NCBI RefSeq assembly: GCF_006345805.1
Contig: NW_021828287.1
Span: forward strand, 1 to 8,805
DNA from: Octopus sinensis
Taxonomy: Eukaryota
Reading direction: 5' to 3'
Length of the DNA: 8,805 nucleotides
Below are positions 1-7,930 of this stretch, in pieces (positions within the stretch are counted from its first letter, which is position 1; every line of letters starts with the position of its first letter). The position numbers and the translations under genes are program-made. The notes under the pieces are model-generated. The model searched no databases. It worked only from the letters and a program-made list of their open reading frames with translations, and was not told the DNA's origin.

Positions 1-1123
1 GGCATGTTGTTATTGTGATTATAAAGGATGAGCATGGCAGTTTGAAATATCTTGATTTTTAAAAGTTGCAAGATCTTTCGTCTACAAAATTTGTAAGGAG
101 CCAGAGACTGAAGATGGAAACATATTACCAGTATCAAGGCATAAAATGCATTGTAAATGATCTGAAATCATCAAAACACCTGAATTTATCCAGCAAGTTC
201 AACAGACCATTGATTACAATCCCAGAAAGTCTTTGAGGTCAATTGCAAAAGATCTCCATGTGTAAGACGGAACAGTTTAAAATGTTGTCTCCAAAGACAA
301 CAGATATAAATCTTATATGATGTGGAAAGGTCAATTTGTCAGAAAAAGCAAAAGAAAATCACTACATCAGATCTAAAAGACTTTTAAACAAACTGAAAAG
401 TCCTGCAGAAGAAGATTTGATTTGGTTTTTCTCAAACAAGAAAAACTTCAACCAAGATCAAAAAGTTAACAGAAGAAATGACAGATGACAGACCCTTCTG
501 AAGTTCCACATGTTATGCATACAAAATATCCTGCAACTGTCATGGTTTTAGGGGTTGTCAGCAACGAAGGACATGTAATGCCTCCTTACTTCTTTCCACA
601 AGGCCTTAGAGTTAACTCTGCCACCTACATTGAGGTCCTGTTAAGCCCTGGATAGACAGTGTATGCAATGAAAGACCATATGCATTTCAGTAAGACTCTG
701 CACTATCACACATGGCTCTAGTAACACAGGAATAGATGGGTGAAGATTTTCATGATTACATAACCATTAACATTTGGCCTCCTAATTCCCCAGATCTCAA
801 TCCATTGGACTATTACATGTGGAGTGTTGTTGAGAGAGAGGGGTCAATGAACACACCTATAACACCAAAGATTCTTTGAAAGCTGCCATAGTCAGAGTAA
901 TATCCAAAATGAACCAGGACCACTTGATTCGAGCATGTAGATGATTTAGATCTCATATAGAAGCAGTTGTTGAAGCTGAAGATAGCTTTATTGAATTACA
1001 TTATAGAAAAGAAGGTTTATTTTCATCCTCATAACATTTTTTGATAAATAAGTTATTATCTGTTATTATATATCTCCCTTTTTTTTTAACATAAATTTGT
1101 CCTCAAATATCTTATACACCTTA
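1..1123 (+). mobile_element. Decayed Tc1/mariner DNA transposon of the DD37D (maT/Bmmar1-like) family, cut off at the window's left edge, with candidate right terminal inverted repeat
   Basis: Manual translation across frameshifts gives ...FLKVARSFVYKI...IIKTPEFIQQVQQTIDYNPRKSLRSIAKDLHV (HTH-like), WFFSNKKNF (first D lost), TKYPATVMVLGVVSNEGHVMPPYFFPQGLRVNSATYIEVL, FQ*DSALSH and WPPNSPDLNPLDYYMW. D2 (694-696) and D3 (808-810) are separated by 37 codons. The element ends in cctcaaatatcttatacacc-ttata (1101-1125), resembling a CAGGGTG-type TIR followed by TA. The left TIR is outside the window, so the TIR pair cannot be confirmed. Confidence 0.92.
3..1000 (+). pseudogene. Inactivated DD37D transposase
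   Basis: In-frame stops (e.g. TGA 53-55, 158-160, 942-944; TAA 691-693; TAG 733-735) and several frameshifts interrupt recognisable HTH and DDD domain motifs. Confidence 0.9.
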
Positions 1124-1131
1124 TATATATA

Positions 1132-1553
1132 CGAGCAAAACACCGCCCTCTCGTCCAATGGATGGTGCTGAGTTGTCAAACATTTAAACCAAATTTTCTC
1201 AAAACAACTTGTCCGACTGTCCTATAGGCCTCTCCTTTGAGAAACACTGATTTAACCTAAATTTGAGACACCAAACAGGCCGGCTTTTTTTGTGCAAACT
1301 GCATGTGCATTTTTCTTGCATACACATAGTATCGATCGCAACAGCTGATGTACTTGCACATACAAATGCACGTTCCCACGGCTTTATCGATCACATTCTC
1401 ACCTGGAATCGATTTTTGTAATTTTTTTAAGACTTATACACAGCCTGATACCATCACTATCTACATATCAAATTTGAGCACAATCGGATGGAGGATGCCT
1501 GAGATTCTAGAAGACACACAGACAGACAGACAGAACGGATTTTATATAATAGA
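1132..1553 (-). mobile_element. Non-autonomous Helitron-like element (~420 bp)
   Basis: On the minus strand it begins A|TC-TATTATATAAAA followed by a (CTGT)n microsatellite and ends ...GAGAGGGCGGTGTTTTG-CTCG|T, one change from the CTAG terminus, with an A/T insertion site and no TSD. This layout resembles Lep1-type Helitrons. The subterminal hairpin is degenerate. Confidence 0.62.
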
Positions 1554-1643
1554 TATTGTAAGAGAACTATATTTTAGAGGAAAAATATATTTCAGAACAT
1601 TTGAGTACAGATCAGCAATTAAAATAGTAACAGGTTTACTTAC

Positions 1644-1997
1644 AATCATTGTCATGAAATGTTAAAGGCAAAAGGTGTTGATTAGGTTTAGAACCTTCAT
1701 TGGTGATCTGTGTGAGGCGTTTGTTGGTACTAGCAAGTTCTGATCGTAATGCATTTACTTCTTGGTTAGCCAAGTGAATAGAGCCATCTATACGTGCTGC
1801 AAGCTGCTTATTGTCTTCGACCATTTTCCGAAATTTGCTTTGGGCGTCCATCAACAAACGCCTAATAAGTAGCATGGAGGAGCGTAGAGTTTCATGTTCT
1901 TGAGAAGACAGTTCCCGGTCCAAGTCGAGAGTGACATCTCGTGGCAGAAAGATGTATTGTACAATTTGGTCGTTCAAAGAATCCAGTGATTGAATAG
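1644..1997 (-). CDS. Internal coding exon (354 bp, phase 1/1) of an unidentified gene; predicted coiled-coil region
   Basis: Stop-free, complex sequence amid repeats. Acceptor tttctgtcttcttgcag| (AG at 1999-1998) and donor |GTAAGT (1643-1638). Length is divisible by 3. Translation (x)IQSLDSLNDQIVQYIFLPRDVTLDLDRELSSQEHETLRSSMLLIRRLLMDAQSKFRKMVEDNKQLAARIDGSIHLANQEVNALRSELASTNKRLTQITNEGSKPNQHLLPLTFHDND shows heptad-like periodicity. It refines ORF 1636..1977, whose TTG 'start' and TAA stop are not the real boundaries. Confidence 0.88.
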
Positions 1998-2159
1998 CTG
2001 CAAGAAGACAGAAATGACAATACTTTAGTTGAATTGAAAATATTCTGCAAAGATATGTGTTATCTTTTCTTTAACTTATTGTGTTTCCGGTTCACCATTT
2101 CCAAAAAGAGTCTTGAAACAATCAAGGTTTCTTTTTGCTTATTTACATACTCCTAAAAA

Positions 2160-2330
2160 AATATACGTACGTACATAAATATACGTACACACACACACAA
2201 ACACACACAAATATACATATATATAAACATTTTTCCAGTCTTTTGTTTAAATATATAGATACCTATATATGTATATACATATATAGATACTTATATATGT
2301 GTGTGTATGTATATATATATATATATATAT
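2160..2330. repeat. Compound (TA)n/(CA)n/(TG)n microsatellite region
   Basis: Directly visible dinucleotide runs. Confidence 0.9.
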
Positions 2331-2398
2331 ACTAGATAATTTGGGTTCAGCAAAAAATGTGGTAAAGCAAATCTTTTTTGAACCCTAATATCTAGTAT
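2329..2398. repeat. ~70-bp imperfect inverted repeat; possible TA-flanked mini-MITE
   Basis: atactagata (2329-2338) is the exact reverse complement of tatctagtat (2389-2398); pairing continues through gggttca/tgaaccc and aaaaaa/tttttt. Confidence 0.7.
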
Positions 2399-2493
2399 TA
2401 CCTAAGTTTACCATGAAATGGTCCTTTTTTCATGCCGAATTCTACTTGGTGAAATTATTGATTACTGCTTAATTAATTAATTTTACCCTTTGT

Positions 2494-2496
<3 letters not shown>

Positions 2497-2531
<35 letters not shown>

Positions 2532-2551
2532 AGGGACAAATTTTTGTGTGT

Positions 2552-2617
<66 letters not shown>

Positions 2618-2645
2618 ATAAAATAAGGGACAAATTTTTGTGTGT

Positions 2646-2689
<44 letters not shown>

Positions 2690-2761
2690 AGGGACAAATT
2701 TTTGTGTGTGTATGTGTGTATATATATATATATATAAAATAAGGGACAAATTTTTGTGTGT

Positions 2762-2794
<33 letters not shown>

Positions 2795-2835
2795 CATACA
2801 TATATACATATACACACAAACTTGTCCCTTATTTT
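2497..2835. repeat. Tandem array of a 35-bp core separated by variable (TA)n, ending in an inverted partial copy
   Basis: aaaataagggacaaatttttgtgtgtgtatgtgtg at 2526, 2620, 2684 and 2736; inverted cacacaaacttgtcccttatttt at 2813-2835. Confidence 0.95.
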
Positions 2836-3257
2836 GTCTTTTTTGTTATGATCATTATCTAATGAGTGTATACATGCACATGCACACACACACATTCACA
2901 TATATGTAAAGATGCATTGGCTGTATATTTACACTGAAAAGAAACATATTCAAATGAATCAGATGAAAAATTCAATTTCGTCATAGATTATAAATTGCCA
3001 TTAGCTCTGCAATAAATGGAAATGAATAAATAAATAGATAAATAAATAAGCAAACAAGGGAGAGAAGTCTGTACAATGCAACCCTTGGGTCAGTGATATT
3101 TCATTTTGCTTATGTATAGCCAACTGAGATGTATATAGGTGACAAGGGAGCTCTACATGTGTTCTTCAGAAGGGGACCAGACCCCCACTCCATCTGAGAG
3201 GAGCCTGGCCACATGATGAATAATGAAAAAAAATAAATGGCTGGACAAATTGCCTTG

Positions 3258-3660
3258 TACTCTTTTACTTGTTTCAGTCATTTGACTGTGGCCATGCTGG
3301 AGCACCGCCTTTAGTCGAGCAAATCGACCCCAACACTTATTCTTTGTAAAGCCTAGTACTTATTCTATCGGTCTCTTTTGCCGAACCGCTAAATTATGGA
3401 AACGTAAACACACCAGCATCGGTTGTCAAGCGATGCTGGGGAGACAGACACAGACACTCACATGCATATATATATATATATATATATACAGATATACGAC
3501 GGGCTTCTTTCAGTTTCCATCTACCAAATCCACTCACAAGGCTTTGGTCAGCCCGAGGCTACAGTAGAAGACACTTGCCCTAGGTGCCATCCAGTGGGAC
3601 TGAACCTGGAACCATGTGGTTGGTAAGCAAGCTACTTACCACACAGCCACTCCTATGCCT
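3258..3660 (-). mobile_element. tRNA-derived SINE, family 1 (octopus-type), full length
   Basis: Minus-strand head GGAGTGGCTGTGTGG (A box) ... GGTTCAGTCCC (B box), internal (TA)n microsatellite, 3' tail ...CCAGCATGGCCACAGTCAAATGACTGAAACAAGTAAAAGAGTA. Two more copies are in the window. Confidence 0.9.
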
Positions 3661-3789
3661 ACAAACTTTATTTTCTAATTAATAAAGAAGTGAGAAGAGG
3701 GGGACAAAAAGTTTCCTTATTACTTTTGTGGGGAGGGGTGCTGGCATTTGCCATGTTGACAACAACTGCTGCTCTACATGGTCTCACAA

Positions 3790-3955
3790 CCTGTTATAGA
3801 TAACAGCCAAATTTCCCTCACATTTTAGTATACAGTGGGTAAACTGGTCATAAGTCTAATGTACCAAGGAAACAAATGTGATGGGCATAATTGGAACCCC
3901 ATTGATTCTAGGTCAACTTGCAATCAGTGTTGATATGGAGTTAGAAAACACTCTC
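3790..3955. repeat. Possible degenerate copy of an interspersed repeat
   Basis: Segments acagccaaatttccctca...gatgggcataattggaaccccattgattctagg resemble an octopus interspersed repeat from memory only; no second copy in the window. Confidence 0.25.
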
Positions 3956-4234
3956 GTTCCTCTTGCTGCAATGTTCAATCTGTTTTGTTTTTTTTTAGTA
4001 TAAAGAAGGAGAGTCAGCAGTAAAATTAGTTTCCTTTTCAACGACTTATTAATTACTTTATCAACCAATCCTATTTTGTACCTGGAATCTAATTACCAAT
4101 TTAAAAAAAAAATTTTTTTAGTCACATATATGTTCTTGTTCATTATATTAAGTACCAAATTGATATACAGTATGGTAACACTGCTAAGAGTTTTCTATGA
4201 TGAGAATCTCCGGATCTCATCTGTTGACTATATA

Positions 4235-4403
4235 TGAATGGTTGTGTGGTAAGTAGCTTGCTTACCAACCACATGGTTCTGGTTTCAGTCCCACTGCATG
4301 GCACCTTGCGCAAGTGTCTTCTACTATAGCCTCAGGCCGACCAAAGCCTTGTGAGTGGATTTGGTAGACAGAAACTGAAAGAAGCCTGTCGTATATATGT
4401 ATA
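4235..4403 (+). mobile_element. tRNA-derived SINE, family 1, 5' half only (ends at the internal microsatellite)
   Basis: Reverse complement of the heads of the 3258-3660 and 4651-5100 copies; A box tggttgtgtgg (4239-4249), B-box-like gtttcagtccc. Confidence 0.92.
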
Positions 4404-4569
4404 TTTTAATCATTCTGTGCTGTGGGAATCATCAGTGATACACATGTTAAAAAGTGTTAAAATGTCCATTATATCAGTGGTTTTGTATTATATATGTATC
4501 ATATACATATATTACATATATAATTATTAAATTCAAATCTGGAGAATGTCTTTCCTAATATAACATAAT

Positions 4570-4650
4570 ATAATATCTATCTATCTATCTATCTAGTATG
4601 TATGCATATATATATATATATATAAATGTATATATATGTATGTATATATA
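4570..4650. repeat. (TCTA)n and (TA)n/(TATG)n microsatellites
   Basis: Directly visible. Confidence 0.9.
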
Positions 4651-4877
4651 TACTCTTACTCTTTTACTTGTTTCAGTCATGTGACTGTGGTCATGCTGGA
4701 GCACTGCCTTTAGTTGAGCAAATTTGTAAGCCTAATACTTATTCCATTGCTCTCTTTTGCCGAACCGCTATCTTACGGGGATGTAAACACACCAGCATCG
4801 GTTGTCAAGTGATGATGGGGGGACAAACATAGACACACAAACACATACATACATATATATATATATATATAAATTAT

Positions 4878-4921
<44 letters not shown>

Positions 4922-5100
4922 TATATGTACATATATACAACAGGCTTCTTTCAGTTTCCATCTACAAATCCACTCACAAGGCTTTGGTCAGCCTGAGGCT
5001 ATTGTAGAAGACACTTGCCCAAGATGCCACGCAGTGGGTCTGAAACCGGAACCATGTGGTTCGTAAGCAAGCTACTTACCACACACCCACTCCTGCACCT
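4651..5100 (-). mobile_element. tRNA-derived SINE, family 1, full length, with an expanded internal (TA)n
   Basis: Colinear with 3258-3660 (same tail, central region and head); flanked on both sides by TA-rich sequence. Confidence 0.9.
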
Positions 5101-5382
5101 GGAGATTATATATATATAATCATAAAATATGATGAAAAGTAATTTAAATAAATGTTATTGTCCTTCATTTATGGACTTTTTTTCTTTTATTTATGACTTT
5201 TTCTACAGATTGTATTTCTGATTATATTCTATAAGTCTTCATGATTTCTTTTCCATGAAAATTCTTTTTAAGGTGGGCAGTGCTTCAGAGATGGAAATGA
5301 TACCTCTCTGACACCTGTGTTCTACATGGTTCATGAAATTCAAATAATGTACTTTGAACCACAGAAATGTGAGACTTCATAA

Positions 5383-5403
5383 AACAACAACAACAACAAC
5401 AAC
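5383..5403. repeat. (AAC)7 microsatellite
   Basis: Directly visible. Confidence 0.9.
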
Positions 5404-5680
5404 AAAATACAATAGTAGGAAAAGTGTTAAACATTCCCAGATTTGTAAGACCCAACCGACTCATGGAAGAATGGAAACAGAAAAAAAAAAAATTTGTCTG
5501 CTGTAAAACTGGAATTTTAATTACCATTAGTCACTATATTATAATATTATTCTATATTACACCATAAAGTCATTATATTATTTTAATGATCTCAGTTAAC
5601 AGTTTAATTTTTTGAAATTAAAAAGGGAAATTCGAAATTCAGACAAATATTTAAATGAACAGAAGCATCACTGTGAAGTT

Positions 5681-6120
5681 AATATTGGTTTTGAATTTTG
5701 GGATAAGGGCAAGAATTTCAGGGAAGGGTGTAAGGTGATTACATCAACCCCAGTGTTCAACTGGTACTTATTTTATGAACTCCGAAAGGAAGGAAAGTAA
5801 AGATGACCTTGGTGGAATTTGAACTCAGAACATAAAGATGGATGAAATCATTTTTTTTTGTTTTTTTACTACTATAGGCACAAGGCCTGAAATTTCAGGG
5901 TAGGAGGTGAGTCGATAACGTCGACCCCAGCATGCAGCTGGTACTTAATTTATCGACCCTGGAAGAATGAAAGGTGGAATTTGAACTCAGAACGTAGACA
6001 GACGAAATACCACTAAGCATTTTGTGTGCTAATGGTTCTGCCAGGTCACCACCTTAGATGGATGAAATACTGCTAAGCATTTTGCCCAGGATGCTAACAA
6101 TTCCACCTGTTTGCCACCTT
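5681..6120 (-). mobile_element. tRNA-derived SINE, family 2, copy A, split by nested copy B (parts 5681-5848 and 6056-6120)
   Basis: Colinear with intact copy C once 5849-6068 is removed; B-box-like GAGTTCAAATTCC on the minus strand; central tggtacttatttt...gaaagg motif. Confidence 0.85.
5849..6055 (-). mobile_element. SINE family 2, copy B, nested in copy A, with poly(A)-like tail and 13-bp TSD
   Basis: agatggatgaaat at 5836-5848 and 6056-6068; T-rich tract at 5851-5867 is an A-rich tail on the minus strand; head AAGGTGGTGACCTGGCAGAA. Confidence 0.88.
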
Positions 6121-6131
6121 ATGTAAGGTTA

Positions 6132-6351
6132 ATATTGGTTTCGAATTTTGGCACAAGGCCAGCAATTTCAGGAGAGTGGGTAAGTCAATTACATCGACCC
6201 TAGTTCTCAACTGGTACCTATTTTATCAACCCTGAAAGGATGAAAGGCAAAGTCAACCTCAGTGGAATTTGAACTCAGAATGTATAGACAGACGAAATGC
6301 TACTAAATATTTTGACAGGCATGTTAACAATTCTGCCAGCTCACTGCTTTT
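6132..6351 (-). mobile_element. SINE family 2, copy C, with 10-bp flanking direct repeat
   Basis: tgtaaggtta at 6122-6131 and 6352-6361; head GCAGTGAGCTGGCAGAATTG (A-box-like) and GAGTTCAAATTCC (B box). Confidence 0.88.
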
Positions 6352-6588
6352 TGTAAGGTTATTGTTGAAAATAAAAAGTAAATTGCATATAAAAATAGAA
6401 AATTTTTCAGAAAAGATAAATTTATGAATGGAAAATATAGTATGAGTTTTAGTATGGAATCATAATAGAGGACCCAAAACTTTATTTTTTTGTGTTTAGT
6501 ATTACCAAATGAATAATGATTATAATAGTATGAGAAAGGAGCTCCTATATTGAATGAAGTATCTATTCCTATTTCAAATTACGTGCAA

Positions 6589-6804
6589 CCCTTTCGTTAC
6601 TGTATTTTTTTTTGAGATGTTCTGTGTTTCTTTCAATTACTATAAATATAACAAAGAATTTAGTAAAATAACTTAATTATCATTCAGCTAATGTTAGGAA
6701 CATAAATTGTGACTAAGGTTTGGTGGAAGATTTAAATTCAAAAGAAAACATGACATTTGTACTCAGAGCCAGAGCCGGTTTTAGCCAGGTTGGTAAGGAA
6801 AGGG
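6589..6804. mobile_element. piggyBac-type non-autonomous MITE, copy 1 (216 bp)
   Basis: TIR CCCTTTCGTTAC ... GTAAGGAAAGGG followed by TTAA (6805-6808); the left flank is GCAA rather than TTAA. Confidence 0.8.
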
Positions 6805-6835
6805 TTAAGAATTGTTTCTCTATTATATATTTTAA

Positions 6836-7055
6836 CCATTTTGTTACCATATTTCTGTTGAGATGCTCTGTGTTTCTTTCAATTACTTTAAATATAAGAA
6901 AGAATTTAGTAAAATAACTTAGTTATCATTCAGCTAGTGTTAGGAACATAAATTGTGACTAAGGTTTGGTGGAAGATTTAAATTCAAAACTTATGAAAAC
7001 ATGACATTTGTACTCAGAGCCAGAGCCGGTTTTAGCCGGGTTGGTAATGAAAGGG
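6836..7055. mobile_element. piggyBac-type MITE, copy 2 (220 bp)
   Basis: TTAA|CCATTTTGTTACC ... GGTAATGAAAGGG|TTAA. Confidence 0.85.
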
Positions 7056-7086
7056 TTAAGAATTGTTTCTCTATTATATATTTTAA

Positions 7087-7307
7087 CCATTTTGTTACCA
7101 TATTTCTGTTGAGATGCTCTGTGTTTCTTTCAATTACTTTAAATATAAGAAAGAATTTAGTAAAATAACTTAGTTATCATTCAGCTAGTGTTAGGAACAT
7201 AAATTGTGACTGAGGTTTGGTGGAAGATTTTAATTCAAAACTTATGAAAACATGACATTTGTACTCAGGAGCCAGAGCCGGTTTTAGCCGGGTTGGTAAT
7301 GAAAGGG
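7087..7307. mobile_element. piggyBac-type MITE, copy 3 (221 bp)
   Basis: TTAA|CCATTTTGTTACC ... GGTAATGAAAGGG|TTAA; near-identical to copy 2 at a 251-bp period. Confidence 0.85.
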
Positions 7308-7383
7308 TTAAAACTGTCTGCTTAAATAGAACATGCCCACCTCCCATTATCATGTAAAAGTAAATGTAAACATAAGGGTTATT

Positions 7384-7558
7384 CATGCCCGTTGCTAAGG
7401 GGGTGCACTGGAGCAGCAATACCCCATCATATTCAATGGTAGAAAATGCAGTTCATTTTGTAGTAAATGCAGTTCACAAAAATACAGTTTACAAAAATTA
7501 ATGCCTTCCCAGAATATTCTGAAGCAGCCCCAGGCACCAAAATCTGGCGATGAGCCTG
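7384..7558. mobile_element. hAT-type MITE (175 bp) with perfect 8-bp TSD
   Basis: gggttatt at 7376-7383 and 7559-7566. Imperfect TIRs: CATGCCCGTTGCTA versus the reverse complement of the right end, CAGGCTCATCGCCA (9/14 match). An 8-bp TSD with CAG-type termini is typical of hAT elements. Confidence 0.8.
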
Positions 7559-7930
7559 GGGTTATTTATTATTTAAAGAAATAAACTCAACAACTATTCA
7601 TATTTTCTGTACCATTTATACAAATATTTTCTTTTCTATAACAACAGAACTCAATGAGTAAATTTTTTTATGAACTCATTTCAAGAAAAACATTTTGGAA
7701 ATGTATATCTATGTAAGAATTAAATAAATCTGTGTATTTTATACTGCTGAAATGAAATTTATAAATATATATTTTCTAATATAAAATTTATTTTTTCATT
7801 CATTAAACATTTCAATTTTTAACTCGAATGTGAAATTGAAATTGAAAAGCATAAAAAAAAAAATTAAAAATAAGAGATGAAACATCACATAAAGCAACAG
7901 AGTATATAATTATAAAAGAAAAAGTCATAC

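Noticed and set aside
1348-1665. 105-aa plus-strand ORF
   Set aside because: Lies over the Helitron-like element and antisense to the exon end; no recognisable motif.
1644-1997. Assigning a gene symbol to the coiled-coil exon
   Set aside because: No diagnostic domain motif that I recognise reliably; a homology search is needed.
2526-2770. 35-bp repeats as a CRISPR array
   Set aside because: The 'spacers' are pure (TA)n and the repeat is half microsatellite.
2135-2909. YI/HT-rich ORFs on both strands (2135-2335, 2473-2895, 2483-2815, 2496-2819, 2706-2909)
   Set aside because: Translations of (TA)n/(CA)n microsatellites, which lack stop codons.
3060-3230. Locally GC-richer stretch as an extra exon
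   Set aside because: Minus-strand frames after the candidate AG sites hit stops quickly and no good donor was found.
3590-3660. tRNA gene in SINE heads (also 4235-4310, 5030-5100 and family 2 heads)
   Set aside because: A/B boxes are present, but I could not form a full cloverleaf and the heads are fused to SINE bodies.
4199-4221. 7-bp hairpin gatgaga/tctcatc
   Set aside because: A stem this short is expected by chance in 8.8 kb.
3423-4961. Short ORFs 3423-3626, 4626-4832 and 4773-4961
   Set aside because: They lie within SINE copies and their microsatellites.
5285-5800. ORFs 5285-5527 and 5612-5800
   Set aside because: The poly-Cys/poly-Phe runs come from the (AAC)n and poly-A tracts; the second ORF runs into a SINE. 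No convincing splice sites or motifs.
6589-7311. CRISPR-like repeat-spacer layout
   Set aside because: Repeats are ~220 bp TIR elements, spacers are identical, there are no cas genes, and the context is eukaryotic.
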